In this document: piece after piece, positions 27,010-39,078 of the stretch | Layout: the number at the start of each line of letters is the position of its first letter | Numbering within the stretch: position 1 is the first letter of the stretch | Origin: Utricularia gibba | Lineage: Eukaryota; Plantae; Magnoliophyta | NCBI GenBank assembly: GCA_002189035.1 | Contig: CM007989.1 | Coordinates: 5,146,001-5,210,000, forward strand | DNA: 64,000 bases | Reading direction: 5' to 3' | The notes under the pieces: model-generated | What the model was told of the DNA's origin: nothing | Seen by the model: the letters and a program-made list of their open reading frames with translations, nothing else | Databases searched by the model: none | Program-made: the position numbers and the translations under genes

Positions 27010-28027
27010 AGTTATGAATCCTCACAGTTTGGTTGACAGACCATCAAAAAAGATTGTCATTGGAGTTAAATGGGCATACAAGATTAAACAAAAGTCAGAT
27101 GTGACATTGATCGATTGAAGTCAAGGCTAATGGCTAAAGGCGACAACAAAAAGGAAGTAATTGATTTTGATCAGGTTTTCGCACCTGTGGTATGCATGGA
27201 AACTATCAAAATTATTATTTCACTTGCTGCTCATTATAGGTGGAAGATATGACAAATGGATGTGAAAGATGCATTCTTAAATGGAATGTTAAAAAAAGAA
27301 GTATATGTGGATCAATCATTTGGTTATATCAAAAAAAGGAGAAGACAAGGTTACGAAGTTACACAAAGCTCTTTATGGTTTGAGATAAGCACTGCATGCT
27401 TGGAATCAGAGAATCAATGCAAACTTAAAAGGAAGATATGTTGTACTTCTATCTAGGAATTAAAGTAAACAGTTATCCGATGGGATTATTATCACTCAAG
27501 AAGGCTTTGTGAAAGATCTCCTTAAGAAGTACAACATGAATCAATGTGCATTTAAGAGTCTGGTCGGTGCTCTTCGATACATCACCTGCACCAGACCTGA
27601 TATATTATTTTCTATGAGATTGGTTTGTGTAAAGTAGCTTTACATTCTTCTTTGGTGACACTGCTATAGTTTGGAATTCAAAAAAGGCAATCGAATGTCA
27701 CCTTATCAACATGTGAAGCACGTTACCGCAAATGCTTGTGTTTATCATGCTATATGGCTGAGATACATGCTGGAGAATTTTGGATTCATTTGAGACCTCC
27801 ACAAAGGTGTATGTTGATAATAAATCTGCCATTGCACTTGGAAGGAATCCAGTATTTCATGCTCGTAGCAACCATATCAGGAGTGTGAAGGAAAGAAGTA
27901 TAGAGCTTTGTTATATTAAAAGTAAAGATCATGTTGCAGACATTTTCACCAAATCCCTTAAAGCTGCTGTTTTCATAATGCTCAGGAGTTTGCTTGCATT
28001 GCAGAGGCTTTCTTGTTTAAGGGTGGG
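27010..28027 (+). pseudogene. Ty1/copia RT-RNase H remnant ending in a PPT
   Basis: IGVKWAYKIK; IDFDQVFAPV; MDVKDAFLNG; YITCTRPDI; VYVDNKSAIAL..HARS; DHVADIFTKSL; then ttaagggtggg immediately before TGTTGG. Confidence 0.85.
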
Positions 28028-28290
28028 TGTTGGCTGATAAACCAGAAAGCCTGGGATATAGTTGAAGTCGACAGCATGCTTCTAGAAGTTGGTTGATGAC
28101 ATGTAGTGAGTTTATTTGCTGATAAGAAGTTATAACTACTTGACAGCAGTTTAGTATTGGATAAGGATCATTCATCCTTATAAATATTTGTAATAGTTTT
28201 AAGAAGAAATAATAAGAATACTTCCAGATTTATTTCTTGCTCTTACAACACTTTGTCTTAATTCTATGTGTTGTTCATTCACATCTTTCA
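28028..28290 (+). mobile_element. Putative short copia 3' LTR
   Basis: Follows the PPT, begins TGTTGG, contains ttataaata and ends ..ctttCA, where the 12896-type repeat begins. No partner LTR found. Confidence 0.55.
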
Positions 28291-28480
28291 AGGGCTAAAA
28301 AATCTTGTTTACCAACTTTAATGGTCGTTCATGTCCCCAACGAAGAATAATGAAGAAGTAAATTAATTCTGATCCATGGGTGACAACATCCTTGAAAGCA
28401 GAATTTGATCAGATGAAAACCGTACACCGAAATGAGAACACCGAAGAGAAGTCTTTCATTTTATCAATCAATGACTTAGA
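28291..28480 (+). repeat. Dispersed direct repeat, copy 2
   Basis: Homolog of 12896-13072. Confidence 0.8.
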
Positions 28481-29287
28481 ATCCAATGATTAAGTGCACA
28501 GCGTCCTTCAGTTGCTAAAATGGCATTGGAGGAAGTTCCCTATTTATTTGAAACATTTTGTGTTAGCTTTTTTACACTTGAAGAGTTGCCAAGTCGGAAG
28601 ATCTCTTTATCGGAGTCGATAAAATGGCGTGAAACGTGTTTATTATACGAATTTAATGTTGATCAAACGTTTGGTATGTGAAACTGAGATTAAGAAGATT
28701 TTGTTTAAAATTTTCCTCTTATTATCTTCTCGTCGGTGATGGAGGTCTAGCAGCTTTCCTCTCATTATCTTGTTGGTCTTTTCGAGCATGGATATGCATC
28801 TGATCCGAAGGAATCAACTCATTTTACTTCTTATTATCAAAATTTATTTTATGAATATATGGATAATATAATTTAGATATCTTTAAAACTTAACTGGATG
28901 TTGGTTATTTGAACATTTGAACTGCCATTTTGCCTTCTGGTCGATTTACTTGCAAGGCTTCCTTGGGGCCGCGTTGGCTTAATATACCTCTACAAAATAT
29001 TTTTTGGTAGAATAGCTTTCTTCTGTAAGTCAATTATTTTTAGCATAGCCATTTATTGTTAAATAATTATTTTTCCTTATTATGTATTTAAATTGATATA
29101 TAAAATCCTATTTATTAAATTTAGTTTTATATTACAATTTTTTATTTTAAAATATATCTTTTATAAAGTAAAAAAGTAAATTTAAAAAAATTATAATGCA
29201 TTGTAATATAACAAACTCTATTAATAATTTTATATATTTAAATACTTATTTAATTTTAACAACATTATTAATCCTAATTTTTAAGTA

Positions 29288-29308
29288 AATAATAATAATA
29301 ATAATAAT
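29288..29308. repeat. (AAT)7 microsatellite
   Basis: Seven perfect AAT units within a very AT-rich tract. Confidence 0.85.
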
Positions 29309-30245
29309 ATTTATTTTAACATGACTTATAATTATTTAATATATTTTTTAATTAAAAATATAAACAGAATTTCACACTCCATTACACATGGGTGAGAGTT
29401 ATGAGATGCTGATATGAAAGTTAATCCCCACTATGCCCCCACTACACACGGATGTGTGTTTCCGTCGTATATAATCATACTTTACTAATGCTTATGACCC
29501 ACAACTGTGTACTATTTTTATAAAGCTACTAAACATGAATTATGTATAATCTATACTCGTGTATTATTTTTACAAATTTATTGGCATAGATTATTCATAA
29601 CACATATCTGGATACTCATTATTTATATAAAATAGTATACAATGACATCATCAAAATTGTGTACGATGATCGTAGACATTAGACATATGTTTTATATATT
29701 CCTTATGTAATAAATACATAATTATCCTATAATCTGTATACATCTAATCTATACTTCTCACAAACTTTTATATTTATCAAAGTATGATTAATTTGTATGA
29801 ACAAGGATTATTTATGAATTTGAATATTTAAATTAATGTATCTCAGGGATAGGATGATGCATGATTACGTCTATGTGAAGTCGGTATCTAATACAATAAC
29901 TTCAAATTTAAACAAATAAGTTATACGTGTACCACTTTAGTACAAACTAAACATTTGACAAACAAATACAAGAACCAACACATAGTCAACTAAATTATGA
30001 GCGTGAGTTATGTACAATCTACACATGCATGCTATTTCTTATAGGGATACAACTGTGAATTATGTATAATCTTGTTCACATATTAACAATTTTTATAATA
30101 ATTAAAATTGATTTCAATATATATTATTAAATTGAAAATATTTTTTTAATAATAATTAAAAATGAATAAATAAAATACATATCTAGTATAAACGTGGATT
30201 ATATAACCATGTGCGTAGAAAGTAAGTGGCTTATAGTCATGCTCT

Positions 30246-31308
30246 TGATAATTAAATTTATGTCACTTATATTTATACTTTTTACAAGTTAGTTAGGTTA
30301 GTTTCATATTTCTTTTATTTCATTTTTTCTATACTTTTAGATAAATTTTATATCTTTTGTATAAACTTGATTTTTTTGTAGAAAAAATGTGTTTTATGGA
30401 CTAAGATAATGTCGATCTAAATTAGAGGAAATTGTAGTGGTCTTGGTGGACTTAAATATTTGGGCTATATAGATGAAGACTCAATGAATCATGTATTAGA
30501 AAATTCAGATAAAAAATTTGATACGATCTCATCAACAATGTCCAGCAAATCTCCATTCTATATAAAGGCTTGAATACCAAACTGATGGAAATCCCGGAGT
30601 CTTTGAGATAGTGCAAGAGTCCAGAATCGAGTCTAGCATTTGTTGTTTTCCTTTTTTTTCATCATCTTTCATATATTAAAGTTGAGTATATATGTGTAGG
30701 TGCTTGCAATTAAAATCTGCACTAAAGACTTGTTTGCACAAGTTTATTGCGCATGTCACTGTCATACCATGTTCTTCAATATTTAATTTGGGTTTGATTC
30801 TATTTGTACAATGTTTTTGTTACCAAAGTATTGCGGAACAATCTCGGATTGGTCTTAAATACCTAAAGAGAAGGGTTTAGTCAAATATCATTAGTTAGGC
30901 ACATTACGTTCATTCTATCTGTTAGAGTGTGAGATTTAGAGGGTAAGGATTGAACATAAAGAAAAAATGGATTATCACAATAGATAAAGTGCCTCTGATA
31001 GCGTAATTGACTTTATAATCTCATTAAACAAAGTATAGTGTCGTAACGGTTATCGAGTAACATCATCTTAGAATAACATCTTCAAAACTTACACAGTTAA
31101 GTAAATTTTCAAGGTTTGCACACATACATGGAATATTTTTAGAAAAGTGGAACTTAAATCTAAACTATTTTTTATATTATTTTTTAAAATCACTTTTTTA
31201 CTTTATTTTTGGTCCTTTTTAAGTAATTATTTTAAAGAATTAATTTTCTATTGATACGATTCTATTTATTAGTTTGATTGTTTCGATGCATTTATAGAAT
31301 TACCATTA
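30246..31308 (+). mobile_element. Old solo LTR, family A
   Basis: TGATAA...GAATTACCATTA (family A ends GAATTACCATCA); internal similarity to 251-1444 (ttcaaggtttgcacacat); TSD GCTCT/GCTGT with one mismatch. Confidence 0.7.
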
Positions 31309-31524
31309 GCTGTTTGTACATACATGGATTATACATAAGAATAGGGTAGGTTGCAAGCCATCCTTACTATTATGTAATTAGGAAAAAAATTATTTTTTTA
31401 TGTTGATTATTATTATGTATTTAATTATTATAAATTTAAATAAATGTGAAAATAAAATATAATTAAAATGAAATATATTTTATTATTATAAATTCATAAA
31501 TATATTTAATGAATTAATAAATTT

Positions 31525-32052
31525 TGTTACGAGTGAAAATTGGTTGAGTGGGTCGGGCCGACTTTCCGGTTATGGATGTGATCAGAAAGACAACTTTTTT
31601 GTATACTTCTTTCCGTGATCTGTTCGGTTTGACCAGATGAGATGAATGCAGGTAGAGATTTTTTACGTGAAAACCACCGTAAGGCGGAAAAACCACGGAA
31701 CTGTCGGAGCTTGCCGGAAAAGACTTCTACTAGATGTAAGTGGTGAAGAGAAGTACAAGTTAGGAGGCTTAGGATCCAATCCTTCCCCCGTCATGATTTT
31801 TGTTATTTATAGAGGAGGCCGATCTAGCCGATTCCTCGATTCTGTAGGTGTCGGTTACTTTTGCGCCTGCTATGCGATCTTGCTTTTCAGATATCGGCCG
31901 CCTGTTTTGATCTTGCTTTTTAGACTGTGTCATACGGCCATCGCTGTCAAATTTCTGATACATATCGGCCTGTCGATTGACGTTATCTTGTCAGAGCTTC
32001 TTTTGACAGCCTTTCAAAAGCCGATTATCCCCAATCGATTTACACCTCATAA
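31525..32052 (-). mobile_element. Probable Tat/Retand-type solo LTR
   Basis: GC-richer, CpG-retaining 528 bp. Minus strand runs ATGAGGTGTAAA...TTTTCACTCGTAACA with internal cctctataaata. AATTT on both sides (31520-31524, 32053-32057), but one terminal dinucleotide is missing. Confidence 0.6.
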
Positions 32053-32585
32053 AATTTATTAGAGAAATAAAAGCAATGTAAATTAATAATATAAATACAA
32101 ATTATTAGAAAATTTATATATTAAATAACATTACTAAATTTTAAACTCAGATTCAGTTACATAGTTTAATTTTGGATTTTGTGTAATAATATGATCTATT
32201 AGGATTTATGCATTTGTATATTTCATTGATATTTTAATTACTTAGATATTTCAATTGAATTTAGATACATATATTTAGATTTCCATTGATATGAACTACA
32301 GTAATGTATCTACGCAGGGTGCTTTTGCAATAGAAATTATAGGATTTGGAAGAAAGTGACACATTGCAAAAACAATTCGAAGCATGAGCATTCATTCAAT
32401 AATGAATTCTAGTGACACCCACCAAATAGCCAATTTTTCGGACAGGGTCTTTTACACGCTACCTTCTTGAAAGAACTCTAATTCCCATGACATCTGAAAT
32501 GTTAGCACGATTGATAATTAATCCCAAGTTGATTTCCCTATGGACGCTACCCTTCTCGTCTGCAGATTTATCTTAATGTAGTTAT

Positions 32586-33228
32586 TCAGAAAGGTGCTCG
32601 TCGTGGTATTCCCTTCCTTCTCCTCTTCCGAATAGGCAGAGCGGTTGAACCTTTTTCCTCTTCCCCTCTCTTCCTCGTCAACTCTTGCTTTGTTTTCACG
32701 CTCATCAACTGCTTCTCATCTCCTCTTAGGCTAATCACCTGTTCATGGACCATACACTGAATCGAACACCACTCTGAACCAGGAACATTGATTCTCGCAT
32801 TACATCTCCTGCAGCAATGATCCCCACTTTTTCTAACCCCTTCGGAATTCGGCGCCAGTTGCAGAACTGCCTCATGGTTGATGCGGTACACCCTAATGCG
32901 GGAGACGTCCAAGTACTTGCAGATCTCCGACACTCGGACCATCGTCTGCTTAGACGCCCTGGTGATCTGCCACCACCAAGAAACTCATTGTCAGCCACAA
33001 AGCCGCGATACAAGAGATCGTGAAACTAAATACAAAACAACTTATTACGTGGAAAATGCGGTGCCCCTGGTGCTGCTCATCGGACTTTTTCGAAAAGCAA
33101 GTGCGGCAAACGGGGTCGCAACTACAGTCGCAGCAGAGTACCGTGGAGTACTGATGAATATGTTGTAGGCACTTGGCTTTGTAGAACGGGAACCCTAGAA
33201 GCCTCTCTAGCCATAGTGCCATCGTCAT
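32586..33228 (-). CDS. PLATZ: PLATZ zinc-finger transcription factor, 186 aa, two exons (33228-33049, 32966-32586)
   Basis: Exon 1 MTMALWLERLL..FYKAKCLQH..CCDC.....CRTC........HQGH; 82-nt GT-AG intron (33048-32967) at the canonical PLATZ phase-0 position before I-x-R; exon 2 VRVSEICKYLDVSRIRVYRIN...CRRC-x11-CSIQC; C-terminal RRRKGIPRRAPF. No stops or frameshifts. Confidence 0.92.
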
Positions 33229-33261
33229 CGAATCAAGGCTAGGGTGGTAAGAAAGATGCAT

Positions 33262-33272
33262 GTTATATATAG
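33262..33272 (-). promoter_or_regulatory. Candidate TATA box of the PLATZ gene
   Basis: CTATATATAAC on the minus strand about 35 bp upstream of the ATG at 33228. Confidence 0.4.
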
Positions 33273-34467
33273 ATGTCGAAGTGAACATTATCTTGACATT
33301 TATGGAAATCGAAAATATGTTTCCTAAATTTGTGAACATCTGTCATCTAGGATTAGATTCTATCAAAATACGATACAAACCTGGTGAGGATCCTTCCAAC
33401 TTGCAAATGTTTCCTAATTTGTTCAATCTTTTACAAGTGGGTTTTGACGATATTGCCCTTCGCATTCATAAAACCTCTCTCTCAATCTAAATATTTCCCT
33501 CCTCACATTACTGATATTCTACCTTTTTTTTTTTTGAGTATGGCTAACGCATTCACTTGGTTGAAAGATGGGGGAATTGCATGCAGACTTTATTTATGAT
33601 GTGAAGCCTGCAGGTCGTAGTCACTCGTAACTTGCGATGTTTTTTCCTTGCATAACTTATTCGTGTGACGACCAAATAATGATGGGAGACAAATCTAGAA
33701 AGTTATAACACACGTAAGTTTTTGCGACAGGTCCGATGACGTCACAAGTTTCCATTATGGCTGGGTTTGCCTAATATGCTGTTTAACGAACAAAACCAAT
33801 GGAAAACAGCTGATAATGTTATCTAAAACAAAAAGAATGAATTATCACCAGAATCGAGCCCCGTGATTTCCAAGGTACCCTGTTGCAGGAAACACCCAAA
33901 TGATGGGCGCAGATAATTATACATATTTAACTTAACTCATTTGTAGTGATTTAGGGTGTTAGCATTTAAGCTTTGCAGGAATTGATTGTAGTGATTCAAG
34001 AAACGGCTCTTCATTCCATATCGAGTAATGAGATTTCTTATTCAAGTATTGAAGGTGTTATCCTAAAATAATGATATTCAATAATCGTTGTAAATAGTGC
34101 CATAATTTTATAAAATTAAGTTAATCCTAATATCCGTTTTTTCAACTCTTAATAACTTATGTTTTCTGTATATTAAAGATTAATCTATATAGTTTACTCC
34201 CTTGCATATAGGTTATCACAAAAGTATCTTGACAATGATATTAACCTAACATTTTATAAAATATATTTTCTCTGGTAGGAAAATCAAATTAGTACAAAAA
34301 AAAAAAAAAATACAATACCAATAACTAAGAATGACAATGTCAAGTGCAAACATTGTCCATGTACCTCAATTTGAAAAGGTTAGTTTGAACTATGTTAAAG
34401 GCAAGTAAGATATTTTAAGCATACAAATGACATGTTCCAATACTAAAGGCTTTTTATTCATGTGTAT

Positions 34468-35649
34468 TGATAAACGAAAAATTTATGCAATGTCATTAAA
34501 ATTAAAAATTTCTCCTATCAAACAAAATTATAAACCTAAATCACATTAAATCATATGAAAAATATGAGTATAGTGGACTAAAATTGAACACAGGGAGCTA
34601 GGTGCTTGCTATGTGAAAATCAATGCATGCAATCAGTGTCACGTTGATAAATTTGGTCTTAACTAGGACTAAGACAGAATTGCGATAAAATACAATAAAG
34701 AAAAGTAATAAACTTCTGAACTCGGTTATTCCTGGAATGAAATGAGTGATGCCCGGGGACTTTCAGGGGATGTATGCTTTATCGCTAAACATGCTCACAC
34801 AAACCATAAATTAAACAACTAACAAACAAAGTTTAGGTCTACCTGGACTTTTGTTTTTCCCCTAATCTTTCATCTACCTCTAATTAGGGTTATTAAGATG
34901 TGTTTCACTACTCTCTCCTCCTAGATCTATCCTAATTTGTTAAGGAAGTGGTATGATCTATGGTTAACAAGGTCAAATAATTGATTAGCAAATTATACCC
35001 CTTTGGCCCCAAGGCATACTTCTAAGCACTTAGCCACTCATAACAAGGGAAAGGAAAACGTTTTCATAGCATATCCTAAGCAACATTTTGGTCTCAAAGT
35101 TAAACAACAACAAGCAGTGCATAACATAAATAGAAAAGACAAATGGTTCACGCAATAAAACTAAAACTAGTCTCAACTAGGAACAGTGTTCATCAAGAAC
35201 AAAAGAAAATCTTCAAAGAGAAACTGGTTCTTCCAAGTCATCGTCCCCCTCCTTCTTCCCCCAAAAAATTCTCCAGAAAGCTATATCGTATGTCTCCAAT
35301 GGGGGATATTGTTTCTCTCTTCATCTTGTCCCCCTTTTTGTCCAAAATCCGTCCTTTTCTTCTTCTTGGATTTTGTATTCTTCTTTTAAGACTTTTCCCT
35401 CATCCTCTACCACTACACTGTTCATATCAAGCTCCTTGGGATTTGTGTTGCCAACATATATTGCATTGTCCAAAGAAAACTATTAGAAGTAAGGTTGAGA
35501 CTAAATTACGATTTAGTCCCAACTAAAACTAAAAAAACACAATTATAGTATTCTACTAAAAAATATATAACTAAGCAGTAAAACTTAAGTTTTACAGCAT
35601 AATATGAGTCATTTTTCTGTTCTCAATCACTCAAAAATATGTGTTATCA
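34468..35649 (-). mobile_element. Solo LTR, family B
   Basis: Minus strand TGATAACAC...GTTTATCA; perfect TSD TGTAT at 34463-34467 and 35650-35654. Confidence 0.92.
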
Positions 35650-37639
35650 TGTATACTTGTTGATTGATTCCTGTGTAAGTATAACATATTATGTTTAATT
35701 TATTTAAATTTAAAATAATATATTTTGAATGTTTAAATATAATTCATGTTTGATTGTTAGTATACTTTATTTGGATTTAATATCCAAACAAGTTTGATAT
35801 GTGAGAGCAAAATTGTGAATTTGTTGAATTTTTAGTGTAAAAATACCAATATGGCCTCAATATTTAAATATAAAATTTGAAAATCAATTACCGCGTATTT
35901 AATTTTCGCTCTCTACCTAAGCCAATTTTCACTGTTTTCCTCGCGAACGCCCAAATTTTCAGTCGCGTGCATCTGCACATATCCATTGTGCACAGGTAGA
36001 CTAAATAGTCATTGTGGTTACCAAATGTGCTAATGCAAATAAATGGAGGCTAATTCACCCACAAAACAGCCCAACATTAATGATAAAGGAATTGTCGTCA
36101 ATTTAAACTAGCATCGAATTCAATGTTGCGCAATGGTGCGTGAATTTGCGTTGCAACGAGAACCGAATAGTACGGATCGCATCTCGGTACCATTTTGAAA
36201 CTATATCCTTCCACAAGTTCAACTAAACATTAAATAGTGCGGATTGTAGTGCTTGATTGAACTTAGGTTTCGATCAAGCATCAGATGCAAGGGAGCATTG
36301 CGCTTTTTAAAAATTTAGAATTTAAATGATGACAATATCTTTCAATTTATATGAACACCCAATGTATTGACATTAGTTTCTTTCATATCAAATATCGTAT
36401 TATCAATGCGGTGCTTGTTAAAAATTTATATATTAATTTATGATAATATCATTCAATTTCTCTGAACACCCATATATATTTTTTTATTAATACGTATAAA
36501 AGCCATAAACAAATAAATCCTATTAACACCTTGCGAAACGGTGTTTGCTAACAAGACAATGAACGCCATCTAGCCATCAAATTTTATATATTAATTAAAT
36601 CTAAAATAATTCTGTTAGCATCATATAACCATTAAATGCTGATTGCTAACAAGAAAATGAATGCTAATGCACCATACCTATCGAGGTCCACAATTTGGTA
36701 TTACTCAAAAAAATAAAAACCAAGGATACTAATCATAGTTAACAACAAGTTTTGACACATTAAACTTCCATAACATAATTTATGTGGAACAAATCAACAA
36801 CAGATACAAATGATCATTATTCAATGAAGAAAAAAGAAAATGAAGAAGCAAAGATAGATATGAGAGATGGAGTTACAGCCTTTTTCCCCTTCTACAACCC
36901 TTTCTCCTAGATTAACATGCTCATTAGTAAGTAGTTTGCATGCTTTAATATTAACAGGTGATCTAATTTATTATTTTTCAACTTTTTAATAAAAACTTCA
37001 ATGTATTTTTGTATTAACAGGTGATAAAATAGTTTGTAACCACACGGGTTTGAACTCAAGCCCTTTTATATGTATGAACATAATTGAGCCAACTAACTAA
37101 ATGGGATATGTTGACATGCATGAAATTACGTATCCAAATATTGCAAATGCATCACATACAGCTTAGGTCTCTAATGATTGGAATCTTGCCATATGTAACC
37201 TGATACGTGTTTCCTTCCTACCTCGTGGCATGCCAACCTGATATTAGAGGAAAAGAAAGTAAGTTGAGTTGCAAACATGAGAGGACTATCTGCTCCCTTT
37301 TCTAGTTGGCTAGCAGTATTTTTCCTGTGAGCCAATTATACATGAGAATGCCTCGTGCACACAAGAATCTTAGCACTGTAGTCCTTATTGGAAAACTCAA
37401 TGTCCTTCCCAATCATTAATCTTTAGTTTTGACTACTTATGTGGCAATGCGTCTTACTAGAGATGTTGCTCTACATAATCCGTAGCACTCTAAACCTATA
37501 CACCAACATTATGTCTCCTACAAGGACACCAGGACTCTGCCCCTTTGTATGGGCAATTGTCTATTCGAGCACTCTCCTAACCTAGGTACTTTCCTTGAGT
37601 TCGAACCTTATATCCACTATATCATCTCATTAAAGTAGT

Positions 37640-38200
37640 GTTTAGTTTTTAATTGAGATTTATAAATTATTTAGATAGAAAAATTCAAATATTTGCAACG
37701 AACAAGAATTTTTATTTATCAAATTGATGTCATTGCCAAGGAGTGAGGTCTAATTACTGTAAATTTTTACGTGATGTATTTGTAATTTTTTGATGCAGGA
37801 GACATTCGTTTCAATCTAGAAGTCAAGAGGGCATCTAGTATGAACCGAAAGAAGGTGAGGGAAGCGACCAAATTGAAAAGACCCTTGTCATGAACCAAGA
37901 AAATTTGAAAATAACTGAATATGAAAAGATGTTGAATAAACTAGACACTGCTGATCATACCCATATGGGATTATTAGGCATCAAATTTCCATCTGATGTA
38001 GTGAATGAGCTTGAACCGGACATGACTAATTTATTGCCAAAATTTTATGAGAAGATGAGAGTGAATCTGCATGAACAATTGGATAACGCCATTGCTATTG
38101 CACATCTTTTTAAAAGTGATTGTATGATAGAAGATTCTACTTGTTTAAGAGCATCAGTTCACTTTGGAAGGAGGATAAAAAATGTGGTTTCTTGAATTTG
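37640..38200 (+). mobile_element. Old Athila-type 5' remnant: LTR end, degenerate PBS, gag start
   Basis: ttataaattattt.gatag...tttatca (about 37720), then tgatgtcattgccaagga (degenerate TGGCGCCGTTGCCGGGGA), then GDIRFNLEVKRASSMNRK, which resembles the Athila gag N-terminus. Confidence 0.6.
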
Positions 38201-38419
38201 GGGGAGCATCTTGGATTATAAGAGACTGTAAGGAAATGAATGCTATTCCTTATTTCTATAATTGACAATTTAGAGGAAGCTAGAGAAAGCTAAGTTAAGG
38301 GAAAAGAAAGAAAAAAAAAATAGATTCTTTTTTCAAGATCCATCAGTTTACTTTTACTTTATATTTTCATATATTTTAACCACTTTTACAAAAACATGAC
38401 AGCTTGTAATAGGTATTAA

Positions 38420-39078
38420 AACTTTACCTTTGATAAAAATTCATCCTGTCAGTGTATTGTGAATGTCTAGCTATACAAAGATAAAGATGAACTTTATATT
38501 TAGCTAATACACTCTTTATGGAATGGTTCACGAAGTGAGTAGAACAATCGGAAATGATAATTTTCAGATTACCAAACTGTGGAAATACGATAGAAGTCAA
38601 GAAGTAGCCCATAGTTTTGGCATCATCTCTTTTGCGAGGCATAACTTTCACCTATTTGGTGACATAATCTACAATGAGTAGAATGTGGAGCTTTCCTGTA
38701 GAGGGAGGAAAGGTCCCATGAAGCATATTCCCATGCACTGAAGATTTTGCACATAACAATGGGTTGAAGTACCATTTCATCTTTTTGTCTCAAACCTCCT
38801 CCATTTAGCAATTGGGTACACCTTGCACTGAATATAAGCATTTTTGAAAATTCTAGGCCAATAAAAATAATCTTCAAAGACTTTCTTTGCAATGATCTTG
38901 ATACAAAAATGTCCTTCTCAAGTCAACTCATGATAATAGGAAAGTCTTTGAATAATCTGATCAACACCTATCTTCTAGAGATGTGGGTTGATGGAGGGTA
39001 AATTCTGAAGGTGTCGTATGCGTAAAGGTCTTCCCCATCAAAAGATATTTGTAAAGCTAAACTAGCATCCTACAACAC
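38420..39078 (-). pseudogene. Old Athila-type integrase fragment
   Basis: KDEMVLQPIVMCKIF and RDDAKTMGYFLTSIVFPQFGNLKIIISDCSTHFVNH, homologous to the integrase at 43086-43721. Confidence 0.75.

Noticed and set aside
29500-30240. Loose repeats of gaattatgtataatct
   Set aside because: Three short imperfect copies in AT-rich DNA, irregular spacing, no spacer structure; not CRISPR and no definable element.
31646-32062. 138-aa plus-strand ORF next to PLATZ
   Set aside because: Lies within the probable Tat-type solo LTR, antisense to it, with no domain similarity.
33845-33870. B-box-like GAATCGAGCCCC (and GGGTTTGAACTC near 37047) as tRNA or SINE
   Set aside because: No A-box, cloverleaf, tail or TSD visible.
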